Counted from the first letter of the stretch, positions 36,756 to 52,835 are shown. The stretch: 64,000 bases of DNA from Balanoglossus misakiensis (GCA_040954595.2 CM082579.2:492922-556921), one strand, 5' to 3'. Made by a program: numbers and translations. The notes: generated by a model from the letters alone, not told the origin.

Positions 36756-39700
36756 GTTGACACACTTCTGTTCAGAGCAAATTGACGATTACAAGACCAA
36801 TTCAAATGTTTCCAGCCATTTCTACAGCTTCGCTCTTGAGCTGTTTCTTAGTGAATGAAGTCTTGTTCGACTACCTCTCACATGAACAGAATATTAGAAT
36901 ATTGTGGCAAACTGCGTGGTCTAAATATTGTGTATATGCGCATAATATTAGGTACCAACATTGTTTTAGCCCCAGGGTGCATGCACTAGTCAATATCATA
37001 GACCCAGGAGCTCCAAGATCTATGCAAACATTCATGTCAAGTATATAATGGACCGATTCTGTGATATGACTTGGATGCCAGGAACAATTGATTTTTAACA
37101 GTTGAGTATACCATGCCATGTTCTTGTTTATTAATATTAGCACACATTTCATAAATGAAGTAAAATATACCTTATTCAATGAATAGGATTTGAACTCTGA
37201 AATTACTGTACCAATTAGCAAGGATATCAATGCACAAAACCATTGGCCACATTCCAAACTTTTATATGACTGCATTGTATCCGTTGTTCAAATTAATTAT
37301 GTTTATTTTTCACATAAGCATTATTCAGCGTATCACACAGTACATACAGTATTTACACATTTCATGATTTACATGTAAATAATTTGAAACTGTGAACTCA
37401 TGTTCAACTGGTATTGTTATACCTCTGGTTTTAAGACTAATATTTATAGTCAACTTAGAGCAAATCTTTCCTACCAAACGTTATCCTTTATAGCAAACAA
37501 GTGAAGTTGAAATATTTTAATGATTTTTTAAAATTTGCATGAATACATCTATAACAAAGGCATTTTATTTGGATTGCTGTGCTTAACAAGTGAATATTTG
37601 CTAACAGGACAGTACCATAGCAAATACAAATAGTTCTCAGACCTCTGTGTTGTGGATATCAACTTTTGATTCACAACATTAAAACTGTGTGTCGTACTTA
37701 CTGGGGGTATGTGTATTACTTCATTATTTTATTTAATATGGCTCAATTGAAGTTACCCCAAAAAATATTTCAAAAGTTTGGAAGACATTCTTGGTGTAGA
37801 GAAATTAAATCTAGCTGATCTGGCTGTAGGTTGTTATTGGCCAACAGGAAGTTGAAGAACACAACCAATTTCTTCACAGTGTTGACGTTGTATAATAGTA
37901 ACAGCGTACTCGGCAATCATCGGATCTTGGGCAGAAACTGGCACGCCGAGGATGATTTTAGTTAGATGTCCATTTTTGGTGGCGCTATACAGCAGTAGAC
38001 ATGGGGCAGGGAACCGGATATGTTCATTGCTACAATTACATATTCATGGTGATTATACTGAAATAATTCTTTGCAAATCTAGCTGAAGTTCATAGCCAGT
38101 CATGCTTGCAATGGGGAATAAATAACGTGCCTGTAGGCCAATTTTGAGACTGCTAAGCAAGTGTGTGCGTCTACAAAGAGACAAGTAATGATACAAAGAA
38201 ACCTACACATTGGAATATTGCAGTAAGACACTAACTACACTGTGGGTTGTATAGTATCAGCTCCCATCCTCTCTCAATTATAAATGAAGCCAAAAGGACT
38301 TCTTTGAGGGGGTGACATATCCCATTATGCTTTGCACACATACCACACAGTTCGTCATGATACACTAATAATAACAGGCACATACCAACAAATCTTATGA
38401 ATAATAATACTGTATTTATTTTCTGTAATCAAGATGTAAAAAATAATAGCAGGGTGATAAATGGCAGCTTCTTTTTATGAATATTATCAATATAAAATAA
38501 TTAGAAAATAATTTAGCCAACAAGTGATCACCAACACCACTATGTCTAACTGCATAGACATGGTTTATATGGAAACACACATATTCATGTAAGGTTACAA
38601 ACTGAATATCGGACAAGTATAGGTCAACTAAACTCAACCAAAAAAGGAGGGACCTTCTCCTCTTCTAATTTGCATATACTATTCATATTATATTATAGTA
38701 TTCTCTCTGTAGTTCCATATTACGTATATACGCAATTACGGGAAAAAAATTAAGTATATGACTGATCCATCAAAAAGATCTGTCATCATTTTTTTCACTA
38801 AAAAGTTTTCATTCATGTGATAAAATCCCACAGGACAGTACAAATAATGTTATCCACAACTGTCACCCCCATTTCCCTGTACATAGGTTCAACTACACCA
38901 TTGAAAAACAATAGTGCTGTCCCAAAGATGGGGGTGAAAGGTTAAAATGAAAACTACACAGATTTTAAACCTCTTTTTAAAAACATGATAAGGCTGAACA
39001 CAGAAAAGATGTGCTCTCCGAGTTGCTAGTATTTCTGGTGATACCAAATAATCCAGTAAAAATAGTAGTACAATATTTCGCGGGGGTTCATATCTGTATT
39101 TTTTAAATATTATTACAAGTTGCCAGATGGAATGAAAACAAGATACATGCAAGACTGAATGCAAAATAAATCACTATTGTCAGACTCTTGCAAATTTCAA
39201 AAACAAACTGGACATCAAAAATACACGATAGAGACACTTTGACAGGTTCATAGAATCCCCTCAACTTGTATTAACCCCAAATATATAGGAAAATAGAGAT
39301 TTTGTAAAAGAAGACCTCTGTCTGGGTAAAATTCTGACTCTTAAAAATTTGCCAGATTGATGAATGTATATCACATGATTTTTCTATATGAAAACAGTAA
39401 CTACTTGAATAAATTAAAATTCAAGTTCGTCTAGTGCAACTTGCCTGTGTGCACGCAAAGGGTCATTTTATGTACAAGGTATTTATTTATTTACAAGTTT
39501 TTCCTCTATACAATTCAAGGCACATTTGTTGAGATTTAGAGAGGTGGCATTAACATCAGAAAATTTCCTAAGTCATCGTCTTTACTGACATATTTCTCAC
39601 ACAGAGGTTTTTTTACATTTCCATGAAAAGCACACGAACAGGATCCTGAGAAGAAATCAGGGTATAAAAATAGACTTTGATCTCTGATATCCCATTTTGA

Positions 39701-39876
39701 CTGAATTTCCATAAATGTGATTCCTTTTAAAATTTTGATTATGCAAATGTTTGAAATCTCCCCCACCCCACCCCAACCCGGGTCAACCCTACAACACCTT
39801 GTCCACCCCAGCAGGGTGAAATGGATCAGTTCTGTCCTATTTATTCACAAGGATCCATTACTCAGTTTTAGGGGTG

Positions 39877-42800
39877 TTAGATTGTCACTTCTTGATCAGC
39901 CCCTGATAGTGAGGGGAGAATTACAATTGCTGATGATCTTGGAGATCTCTGTGGTGTGCTAGCACTGGACTCTGCAGCACTACTTGGTGCTGTACTGATA
40001 CCCATTGGTGTTACCATGGGTGAAATCGATGGAGTCCGGTTTGCAAGAGGCGAAAGCGAAGGTGAGAAATTCGGTGACATGGCTGGCGAGGTAAAATTAC
40101 TGTCTGGACTGATGGGAGATCTTGGAAACATGTTGACCGAGGCACCTTGATTGATACGACCCTGATTCATTGAAATTGCTATGGGTTGTATTGGTGCCAC
40201 ATGTCCATGGGCGACTGTTGTCAACAACGGTGGTGGGAAATTTTTCACTTTTGGTGACAATGAATGTTTCTGTCTCTGATGGGATCTGTGATCCTCAACC
40301 TGTTTTTTCGCGATGCTTTCATCTTTTAATTTTGCGATTTCAGCAAACACATTTGCCAGGGGCTGAAACTGTGGCCCCCAATCCAGTAAATAGTCCCAGT
40401 TGTAACTTCCCGAGAATTCCTCATCACTATTGACGATGGAACTAAGTGAACCTGCCATCGACGGCTGTCCATCATCACCCATTCCAAACGCTCTTGTGCC
40501 ATCCATGATGGCATTGTTTTCCTCTGTGCCAACTTCATGCAGTTTTGCATCAATGAACGTTCCCAAGTCAACTCCACGCTCTTCTCCACCACCTTCATCA
40601 CCAAAGATGTGCATGCTCTCCACGCTCTGGTTGAGAACTTTGTCACTCTTGGGCACACTGACCCCGAGACTTCGCAGAACCTGATTGGCAGATTGTTCAT
40701 TGACTGAGAAATCTGAAATGGCATCTTCGTCTGGTTGAATTCCTGAATCTGGTTTACGATGATGAACAGTGTGATGGCCAGGATGGTGATCTAGTATAAC
40801 AGATTTCTCATTTATCATTCGTATTTCTTCATCTTCAACGCTTGCTGATCCCCGTCCACTGGAAGTGGAATTGGATTGATCAGAGACATCCGTGCGTCCA
40901 ACTTCCATTGATGTGTTTGGAGAATGCATCCGTGTAATCTGCCTCATTCCATTCATTCCGTACATTGCCGGGATGGTTCCATTTGGAGGAACATCTATCA
41001 GATGATGTTCTGTTTGGTCTGGACTCATTACGATTGGATCGAACGCATCATGGTCGTACGAATGCGCAGTTCGTCCACCGTCTGGAGGTGGACTCTGGGC
41101 TGCTGGTTGTGGTCTCTTCTTGCGTACATAAATCGTTATCAGAACGATCACCACAATGACAATTGTAACTCCTGCAATAATGGCAAATACAATGACCAGA
41201 GCCAAAGGGATTCCAGACAATCCGGTTGAGGGCTCTGCACCCGGGCAGGTGGCACAGTTGGAGTCCACAGTCACTTTACTTGTGCAATGACCTTGCAATG
41301 ATGTGGCTTTGCTGGACATGGCGATAATACCCAAATCATAAACATCTTCACTGGATCTTGCGTATCTTTCACCACCAACGTCTCGCTTCCTCCTGCTCTC
41401 CACAAACAGCTCCTTCACAGTAATGATTCCATGCGTTTCATTCATATGGAAGTTTGGATAGTCGGCATCAAAGGAGTACAGCACCAAACCATCTGCACGA
41501 TCATCTTCGTCAGTAGCACTCACTTGACCAACCACATCGCCAACCTCAGCATTGACAGGAACACTGAATTCATACAGAGTTTCAGTAAAGACAGGATCAA
41601 ATTCATCAACTCCGGTGATGGCAATATTTGCTGTAACTGAAGCATCCTTGCCTCCGCTGTCAGACACTTTGATAGAAATCACATATTCCTTCTTGTCCGT
41701 CTCAAAGTCAAATTTCTTTTTACTTATTACATCACCAGTCTGTGGATTTATCGCAAAGAACTTCTTGTCTTCACCGTCTTCTATGGTATATGTAAGGATA
41801 CCATAAGGACCCCTATCATTGTCAATTGCATGAGCCGAGAATATGTAGGTATCCACTGGTTCTTCTTCAGGTAGAGATTCCAGATACATCAACACGGGAA
41901 AGAACGGAGAATGGTCGTTTTCATCTGTGACGTAAATCACGACCGTGGTCAAACGATGAAGAGGGTTGTCAACACTGCTGTCTGTTGCCGCCACCGAGAG
42001 GCGATGAACAGATTTCTGGGTGTCGTGGTCCAGTCTTCCCTTCACAGACACAACTCCACTGGTTTTGTTCACTTTGAACAGATCCAACTCATTCCCTGAG
42101 GTAATCTCGTAACGAACCTGAGCGTTGGAGCCATCGTCTTCGTCGGTTGCATGCACAGTCAGAATGGACATCCCAGAGGGCGCTCCCTCACTGATGGTGC
42201 CTTCATAAGAAGTTGCATTGAACACTGGTGCATGGTCGTTGATGTCTGTGACAGTCAGAACAACAGTGGTTGAGTCATTGAGTTTGGGTTGACCTCTGTC
42301 AGATGCCTCAATGATCAACGTATATGTTGTCTGTGTTTCTCTATCCAGGTCACCCATCACTAAGATATTGCCTGTGTCTACTTCCACTTCAAACATTCCA
42401 TCTTCATTTCCCTCCACAATCCTGTAATAAATTTCTTTGTTTTCTCTTGCATGATCGTCATCCTTTGCATCCACAGACAACACCATGTGACCTTTTGGTT
42501 CTCCCTCACTCACTTCATCGACATACAGCTCACTATTAAATTCTGGGGCATGGTCGTTGATATCGATGACTTCAATGCGTACAGCAACAGAACTGGACAG
42601 GGCTGGCACGCCTTGATCTGTTGCCTTGACAACAAGATGCACAGTTGGCTGGCTAGGGTTGAATGTCACTATCTCAGTGGTGTAAATAATCCCTGTAAAT
42701 CAAACAAACAGGTAGACGTTGAAAAAGAATTCTCATTCAAAGTGTTTTCTGGTTCTGAATTACTTTTTAACATTGTCACAATGTCAATCACTGGCAATAG

Positions 42801-45800
42801 TTTGATGATACTGGAAATGCTTTCACATTATGTACAAATGATTCTCTCATCAAACATCAGACTTGAGACGGTAACAAGGAAAGCATCTCACCTGTTATTT
42901 CATCAATCCTGAATCCTGGAGTGAGAGCAACATCCAGACTGTAATGGATTTCAGCATTGGAACCTGAATCTCTATCTTCTGCAGTCACTGTCAGCACAGA
43001 CACTCCTGCTGCGGTTGTCTCGATTACATCAGCCTGGAAAAGAAAACAAGCATTAAAATATAATGTTGACATCACTTAATCATGATGTCATTACCAATGC
43101 AGTGTTCACTGTCAAAGAAACCCTGTTTACTACACTTAGGCAACTGAAATAGTTACTCGTACTGTATATTTAGTTGGAATATTCTTGTAGCTATGAATTC
43201 ATGTATTCATTCCTGAAATTATCCACATTCTCACCTCGTATGAATTCTGCGTAAATTCTGGAGCATTATCATTCTCATCTTCCACAGTTACATCTAAATC
43301 CAATGAAGTAATATGCTTCCCATCAAGACACCTGATCTTCAGAATGTAATCCTGTCGTTCCTCGTAATCCAAAGCTGCTGCCAGAGTTATAGTTCCACTG
43401 AACTTGTCAATACTGAATCTGTCATCAGGATTTCCACCATCAGCAAAGTCATATGATAATACTGTCTGGGCATCAGCATCATTGGCTGATACTACAGTTA
43501 CCATGGACCCAACTTCAGCATCTGAAAAAGAATCAATTAACTGTTATTTTTCTCTCATTTACTTCATGGCCGGCTACTCTCCTGTTAATGTATCAACATG
43601 TAACAAATTGTGATTCAAAACACATCACAGCCCATGAACTGAGCAAACCTGGCTGACTACACACCTTCCTGAATCTTGACACCACTGTGAGGGTTGAATG
43701 AAGGTTTATTATCATTGACATCAACAATTTTTATCTTCAACATAGCTGTACCCGTCATTGCTGCTTGGTCATTTCGGTCAACGGCCTCCAGAGTCAGTTT
43801 GTACATGTCATGGATTTCCCGATCTAATGAGAATGATGTTGACACCACGCCTGTCTGGGCATCGATGGTAAATGCACTATCTGTGTTTCCATCAATAATG
43901 GCGTAGGTGATGTCGGTATTCTCGCCTATGTCTCTATCGGAAGCAGACACCTACAAAAACATAAAACATGAAACATTTTTACAAACAAAATCAAAAAGAG
44001 AATGTGACTTTGATTCTTTCTATGGAAACCCAGCTCTGTCAGACTTACCTGAATGACAAAAGTTGCCCTCTGTTCATTCTCCCAAACTTGAGTGGCATAT
44101 TTGTCCTGGATGAAAATTGGTGGATTATCATTGATGTCAAGGAGCTCCACCCAGACTGTTGTGTATCCGTACAGATTTGGTGCTTGTTGGGCAGACACAG
44201 CTAGTCGCATCTTGGGAGCTGTCTCTCGGTCCAGTAAATCAGGGTTTTCTACTGTAATTTCACCTGTAAACAGAAAGATAAGCTTACATGGTAATACAGT
44301 ATTTCCAATGACACCTGACATTGTAATGTGTAGAAAACCTATATGGCACTGATAATCACAAGAACATCAATATTCATGTCTTGCAAAATTAAAAATTGGA
44401 ATAATTTCTCTCGCTTTCAAACATACCTGTATTTGCGTCGATGGCAAACACAGCATCTTCATTTCCATGTGATATTGCAAACGTAGTCCCTGCTTGATAA
44501 TCAATCAACTCATCTTTCATGTCAATGACAGTGGTTCCTCTAGATGAGTGTTCAGTTACAGCCACATTGTACAAGTCACTCTTGAAACGTAAATCTGGCA
44601 TGGCATTATTCACCCGGATTTCAGCAATACCTGTTGACAAACAGAGACAGATTTATATGAGTGCAAAATCTGTGTTCTAGTGGAAAGTCTGTCTTTTGTA
44701 GTGAGTTAATGAACTTTTCTAATCCCTTATTTTTTATTAGATATCCATAATTATTTTCAGATTCCAATACAGGGATTTAAATGTTAGGCATCTGTCACTT
44801 TCTTCAGCATCATACATTTATTCATTGAAATCAAATCTGTGCCATATGGAACTGGATAAACTAAAAAAATGTCTGAATAATGGTGTTTGTCAAAATGATA
44901 ACGGTGTTCAAATATCTGTGCTGAAGCCAGAAATTTCTTTCATCCACACCCACACTCCTACTAGCCTTGTAAAAAGGAGAGCTTTCTCTCAGGTTATTTA
45001 TAAATCTTATGCCTCCAATATTGTATCATTATCTTACCTTCGCTGCTCAACACTGGAACACCATGATCTGTGGCCATAACATCCAATCTATAGACTTCAT
45101 CAGTGTGAGGAAGTTCTGCTTTCACTACAATCTTTCCATCATCACGAACAGTGAAATATGAACTGCTACCAATCAGGCTGAAAATATATCAAATTATATT
45201 ATACAACTGTTCACAATCATAAAATGACATGATTGTACATTTGGCATAAAGAGCAATAAATAATTTGAACATGTGTTCATATTATTCAAGGATGCATGAA
45301 GACATGCTTGATTCATGGATGAAAAGGCCTAAGTGGAACCTAACAGAAGCTGTATCTACCATGTTGGAAAGTACAGATTGTTTTCAGTTTACCTGTATGA
45401 AACTTCTGCATTGGTGCCTTCATCTTTATCAACAGCTGTCAGTTGTATGATTTCAGACCCAACTGATATTGTGCTTGAAATGTTAGCTGTGAAAGGAACT
45501 GATGTAAACACTGGCGCATTATCATTGATATCTGTAATGATAACACGGACTTGTGTTCCTGATGACATTGGGTACGTCACACTTCCATCGGTCGCATTTA
45601 CTTCAAAGAGGTATTCAGCTGTGGTTTCACGATCAAATTCCCTGTGGAGTGGAATCAGACAAAATGAAATTGTTAGATACAATTATTCATCAAAATGAAT
45701 GAAGCACTTATTGTTTATGAGATAAATGCCTATGGTCTTACCTGACTGATGTTATTACTCCATTGACATTGTCGATACGGAACATATTGTCTGATAAATT

Positions 45801-48800
45801 CTCCAGTGTATACATGATCTCTGCGTTGGTGCCCAGATCGGCATCAGTTGCAGTGACAGTTAACACTGTGCCATTGATGGGGAAATTCTCTGCAATGGAT
45901 TGGACGTAGGGTGTGTTTTGAAAGACTGGAGCGTTGTCGTTGATGTCCACAACAGTGACAGTAATAACCATAGAACTGCTGAGGGGATTAGTGGCATTGT
46001 CTTGAGCCGTGATTTGCAGCTGATATTGATCCACAGTTTCACGATCCAGAGACTGCGATGTCGCAAGAACACCTGTGACTTCATCCACCACGAAGTGAGA
46101 ATCTGAGTTACCATCTGCAGAAGATCAAAGAAAAACAAAAAGTCAGCCACTTCAATGTCTGTTGGACCTTTACAAATGGAGTTCCACTGCCTAAGAACAT
46201 TGAGTGCACAGGTGTAAACAGACCAATGTAAAACTTTAATGCAAAGAAAGCAATTTTGTGACAATGTGCATACCATACTACCACAGTCAAAATGAAGAAT
46301 GTTCTTACCTGTGATGAAGTATCTGATTTCAGCATTCCTTCCGTCATCAGCGTCGCTGGCGGCAACCACGTGGAGAGCAGTGGCCAGGCCGTTCTCAGGC
46401 ACAGAGATGGAATAAGTGCTTGATGCAAACACTGGAGCATGGTCATTCTCGTCTGTTACACTGACTGACACAGTGGTTGTGTCATACAGCGCAGGGAAGG
46501 CGACGTCACTGGCATACACTGAAAGAGATACAGATTCAGTTTGTAGATGGAGAGACATTCTGGTCAATGGCCGCACATGATAGTACAACCATCCTGATGT
46601 GTCTGATGAAGATACTGGAATACAATAAAACTACGTGCAAACATGAAAGCAAATCATACACCTAAGTACCTGTCACAATATAAGATGGAGTGGCTTCTCT
46701 ATCCAGAGTGTCACTGGCATAGATGTCGCCTGTTGTGCTGTTGATCCAGAACATATCATCTGCAATGTCATCAGGGATACTGTAGGTGATCTCTCCATTG
46801 GTGCCTGCGAGAGAGAGAGAGACAGTGGAATTTTAGTATAATAGGCATGTCCATTGGATACACATCATTAAAACCATCCTATAAAAATTCTCAATTAAGA
46901 AAGCCTTGAAAATATCACCGGTCAGGTCAGGTGAGACATGGTTTGCAAATAACAATGGCAACCAACAAAGACACTCACCAATATCAGCATCTGTAGCATC
47001 AACTCGTCCAACAAAGACATCTGAACCATAGTTTTCATTGACAGACATTGAATAACCATCACTAACAAACTCTGGTGCATTGTCATTGACATCTTGTACA
47101 TTGATCACTAAATACTGAAAGCTTGCACGTGGTGGGTTGCCTCCATCTGCTGCAGAGATGTTGAGTGCATACGTATCAACGACTTCTCTGTTGAGAGGGT
47201 CGACCAAAGTGAGAAGTCCTGTGTCATGTTCAATGCTGAACTTCCCAGCATCATTACCAGAGACAATGTCATAGACAATGTGTCCATTCTCACCAAGGTC
47301 AGGGTCTAATGCAATGATGTGAATGACAGGGTAACCCACTGGTTCGTCTTCCATGATGTACGTCAGACTGCGTGAGGTGAACTTTGGACTGTTGTCGTTT
47401 TCATCTTCAATGACGATGCGAGCTGTTGTTGTACCGAAGAGGGGTGTGTCTGGTGGGTCTGGTTGGTCTTCCGCTTGGACCACCAGAGTGTAAGCACCAA
47501 ACGCTTCCCGGTTGATGAGATTGATGGTGGTCAATTCGCCAGTGAGTGGATTGATCTCAAACATGGTCTGGTTGCCGGACTCTTGAACGATGAAATAATA
47601 CAGCTTGGCGTTGTTCCCACTGTCTGCATCTGTTGCTAGAATGGTGCCCACCGTGTGCCCAATGGGGACGTTTTCTTTGACTCTCAGCAAGACGGGATCT
47701 TTTTCAAACTGTGGTGCATTATCATTGAGGTCATTGATGTAGATGTGTACAGTGGTTGTAGTTCTCCGTGGGTTGCGAATACTCATATCTGTTGCTTGGA
47801 TTGTCAAGACATAGCTGGCACATAGTTCATAGTCTGTATAATCAATGGTGAAGATTTCCCCAGTGGTACGATTCACCTCAAATGTTCCATACGGATCGCC
47901 ATCAATGATGTAATACAGGACTTGACCATTATTTCCAACATCCGCATCGTATGCACTCACATAGCCAATGCTTGTTTTCGGTGGCACATTTTCATCCACG
48001 GTGAAGGAATATGTTGAGTTCACAAATTTGGGGCTGTTGTCATTCTGGTCCAGTACTTCAACATACACAATATTGACCGTTTCCCTGGGAGGGTTCCCGT
48101 GGTCTCTTGCTGCGACTGATAACACATATATATCTTTCTCTTCTCTGTCCAACGAAGCACGTGTTCTGATGTCGCCAGTTGTTGCGTCCACTTTGAACAT
48201 AGACACACCACTAAGTTCATCCCCTTCAAAGAGAAGAAAAGCCCAGATTAATATCATCCTGACTCTCCTGGACAACATGATCAACATAAATGGGGTCAAC
48301 ACCACAAAACAGGACAGAGGTGTCCCTGCTTGCTTGTTGCATATAGCTATTATACACTGTAATGGTAGATTACAAATGGCACAATTTATTAAATCATAAA
48401 TGTATGACAAGTGTATTGAAACATGTCTGAACCAATCACAGCATTATGAACAATTCTTATTGAGAGTGCTATGCATACATTTCTATCTCTGGATGCATAA
48501 CAATCTTGGTTTAGACAAGTCTGTGTGTACGTGCATGTCTGTAGAGGCAAGGAATCTTGAGAGGAAAGAAAAGAGGGGAGGGGACAGAAAGAGATAATCG
48601 TGAAGTTTTCTGATGAATTTTAAAGATGAAACGCCTTCTCATTATATTACAAAATAACAAAATCATTAACTCTATTTTTAAATGCAGTTATCAAAACTGC
48701 AATCCCCAATCACCAATTTCTAAAAGTATCTATTGCTAGCAGGAGCTATCAAAATTACTGATATTTTACTCTACAAAAGCTTTGTGATTGTACAAGTCCT

Positions 48801-51800
48801 ATGCGTTTTACTGGTAACTGCAATACAAGTACATGTACTTCTTTTAAAAGTGCCTATGACTATGTTTATCTACAACAATCAAACAAACACTACTGTACAG
48901 TCAATGTGAGGATAAGCATGCACTAAAACTGACTGATGTGTAAGATGTTTTGATCTGATTTACAATTATGTTCAGTCTCTCAGTAGAAATTACAGTAAAT
49001 ATACACAACACTGAAAGAGTAACACTCTATAATTTAGGAAACCTACATGTTTGTCAAGTAATAGTGCACACTTATTTCCTGTGTCAACTGTGTTTTTCAC
49101 ACTGTCTTTTTTGTGCTTACGTTTACATTGAAAGGAACAGCTACTATGGGCTTCGTGTCTCAAAGCTTCCTGGTCTAAAGGGGACAAGAATTAGCATCAA
49201 GATTGTCATGTCAGAAATACTTCTCTTGGTTATTTGAATTTTCATTGACGGAAGAGTTTGTTCGCCACAATAAAGTGGCACAACACAGCTACTTTGTGAC
49301 ATTGCTTAGATGAAACCACAATAAGTTTGAAGGTTTCATGCATGGTTATCAAGAGAGAGTCTTTCTTCAGTTGATCAAATGATGCTGTTAGGGTAACTTA
49401 AGAAACAGTAGATAATACAGTAGAGATTATTACAGAAGAAAAGCCACAGAGTTTGGATAAGTACAGATAAAATCATTAAACAAAACAAAAACAGAGAAAA
49501 TATATTGAGTGTTGATTTGTAATGTTAAGTACATGTATCTTTACAGATCAAATTCATAAACCTCCGATCTGGTTTGATAGCCATTTCATGACTGATACCA
49601 AATGCCATTTTGGTAGCAAATATCTTGTAGTACTTACCTGTGACGATATGATACGACACCAAACCATTATCTCCGCTGTCCGGATCTCTAGCACTGACAC
49701 GGATGACTTGAGTGTTTGCCGGTTGATCTTCCAGGATTTTGGCAACGTAGTGGTCTTTATGACGGAATTCTGGAGCGTTGTCATTTTCATCATTTACGCT
49801 GACATATAAAGTGGCTGTGTCCTCTTTTGGATTGATGCTGTGGTCAGTCACTGTCACTGTCAGTTCATAACTGGATTTTTCTTCTCTATCAAGAACCACC
49901 TTGGTTGTTACAACACCTGCCAGGAAAACAGGGGTAAATGTGTAAGAGAGGAACGACAATAAATAATTCTTCAAAATGCAATATTTCAATGGTCAAAAGA
50001 GGATGGAAAGATTCTCTTTGGAAAGGAAGCAAGTTCAAGTCAACATACCTGTGTTTGGATCGATGTCAAATACATCATTGGTTTGAATCTGGAAGCTGAG
50101 TTGAGCATTTGTGCCTTTGTCTCTGTCAGTTGCACTGACTGTTCCAACCACTGAACCACTGATTTCATTCTCATCAATATTGAAATAGTAACTCTCTTGC
50201 ATCATCTTGGGAGCATTATCATTGACGTCATTCACATGGATGATGACGGTTGCGGCTGCACTCTGAGCTGGAGTGCCATTGTCCTTCGCTTCAACTTCCA
50301 GAATGTAATCCGATGTCATCTCTCTGTCCAACTCTTTCCTGGTGTACATTACTCCAGTGTCTGGGAATATTCCAAAGTTAGCCGTGTAGGGACCGGGTTT
50401 CAGCTTGTAAGTGATACGAGCATTACTGCCCAGGTCGCCATCTGTGGCCGACACCTGCAAGAACTCATTACCGATTGGCCAATCTTCAGACACGCTGATT
50501 TCGTACGATGGGGGATAGAATTGCGGGCCATGGTCATTCATATCTTGAACATAGATATTAATAGTCATGTTGGTGGCAAGTTTTGGTGTTCCTCTGTCCG
50601 ATGCTTCCACTATCAACTCATATCTACTCTGTGTGTCGTAATTCAGAGACTTTAAAATCTGGATCTGCCCAGTTATGGTGTTGATGCCGAACAATCCATT
50701 GAAATCATTTATAAGTCTGTATTGCACTTTTCCATTATTACCACTATCCCTGTCTGTTGCCACGGCTACAAAGAAAACTGATCCCGTCATCAAGGTTTCT
50801 GGAAGAGACTTAACAGTCACAGTGGATTCAAATTCTGGTGAGTTGTCATTGATGTCAATGATGGTCATATTGACGAGGGCACGACCGTGAGACGGTGGGT
50901 TTCCGCTAGATGCCTGGATGTTTAGCAGGACGTAAGGATGGGCCTCATAGTCTAGAGCTGAGTTGATGGAAAGAACACCAGTTGTTGGATGGAGATAGAA
51001 ATAACCATCGGGATCCCCAGAATGGATGGTGTATGTGATGCTGTCATGGTTACCTGGGGGAAGGAGAGAAAATTAAAACTTGTTGGAAGTGACATCATTA
51101 ATTTCTTTCAATACTGACAACTTCTGATGACTCAAAAATTCACATTCAGTGAAAACTGCTGAGATAACTCACCAGGATCAGTATGTGCTGCATGAACAGT
51201 ACCAATGACGGAAAATCTCTCCGCATTCTCCAGAATCCTAAAACTGTAACTTGGTTGATCGAATTCTGGAGGGAAGTCTTCTGCTCCGATGACACTAACA
51301 CTGACCTCAGCATTGATGAGGGAGACCAAGCCCCCTCCATCTGTGGCTGACACTGTCAGTTCATGTAAAGACTTCAACTGGCGATTCAACGATCCAGCCA
51401 GACGAATCATACCTTGGATAGAAAGAGTTTCAAGAATTCAACTGATTAATCTCACGAATACATTTGCATTTTTGGTGCAACAGCATCAAGATGCGACTAA
51501 AACCTTGGTGTTATTTCATTCACAGTGAATATGCTAAGATTCTCTCAGGTGAAAATTTAAAAACCAACCATATAAATCATTTTCAGTGACCAATAAATTG
51601 TTTTACTGATAGTGAGAGTTTACTTACCATTTCTAGAATGAATAGTAAATATTCCATCACTGTTTCCACTTATGATGCGATAGGAAATTACTCCATAAGC
51701 ACTTGCATCTTTATCTGTGGCTGTTACTGCAACCACTTCACTGTTCACTTGACTGTCTTCACTTACATCAACTACGAGAGAGAAACAGTTTTAAAGTGTT

Positions 51801-52835
51801 AGAGAACTGTATACGCAGCCATGTCCAGCTGCTCTAATACATGTCACTTAGTTTGAATGAAGTTCCTGAGATGACCATATCACTTCTATTTAACACAAAT
51901 GCACTCTACTCTGTCAGTCTTTTAAAAGCATCTAAACTATCCACCAAAGTCAAAGATACCGTGAAAGTAGGCATTTATTCGCACAATACAGTTGCCTTGA
52001 TGCCTAATTTGAAAATTGGACGGGTGCTTGGTGTTGGGTTGAGAATCACTTCTGTCAATAAGGATTATAATCTGACCATGAAGAGAATTGAGTTACTCTA
52101 CAACAGTATTAACTTTGTATGAAAGCCAATTAAAATCTGACAATATGTTTCTGTCAGGCATAAAACCACAGATTAGTTCAGTCAAGTGATTCACAGTGCA
52201 ATGTATCCATTTCAACTCTTGGCAGTTTTTTTGGAAAAGACAACGCCTACAGGATGGTTGTAGGCACATACTTCATCCTGGGATACTTTTCAAAGACAGG
52301 ACGGTGGATGGTTTTCAAATGAATCAGACGCCATGTGTGTAACTGTGTGACATACAATGAATTTATCAACACTAAAAGGTCAAACCAAACAAAAGTTGGA
52401 ACTAGTTAATTCTCTCTTAATATCATTTTGATTTCACGGTAATTCAATGTGCAAGTCCCTTTTATTTGACCATCTGGTATCACATCTCGGCCTTCTATGT
52501 CAAATATTTCACAATCACAAATGTAACGGTGATCATTTTTGTTGGCATACTATCTCACCTGCATATGTTTGTGGATAGAATATTGGTCTGTTGTCATTGA
52601 CATCTATGACAGTAATTTTCACCAGAGTTATAGAGTCGAGACCACCTCCATCCACAGCCTGCACAGCAAATTGATACGAGCTGCCTCTCTCATCTCGATC
52701 CAGCGCCATTGTTGTACAAATCCAACCAGTATCACTACGGATTACAAATTCCGGTGGAGGAGAGCTGCCAAATCCTTGACCAATGGAATAAGTGATTCGA
52801 CCAAATTCACCAGCATCCAGGTCACTTGCTGAAAC
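39877..52835 (-). CDS. DCHS1: Dachsous-type protocadherin, 3' portion (5' exons lie beyond the window)
   Basis: Many cadherin repeats (LDRE, DxNDNxP, AxDxD) occur across exons from 52835-52559 to the terminal exon 42692-39877. There is a TM segment (IPLALVIVFAIIAGVTIVIVVIVLITIYV) and the Dachsous intracellular motifs SSGRGS and GSLSSIVNSDEEFSGSYNWDYLLDWGPQFQPLANVFAEIAKLKD. Probably co-orthologous to DCHS1/DCHS2. Confidence 0.93.

Noticed and set aside
39956-52832. Numerous + strand ORFs antisense to Dachsous exons, and the many 60-100 aa ORFs in 53000-63000
   Set aside because: These are shadow ORFs of coding exons or random ORFs with non-ATG starts, and they show no protein-like motifs.
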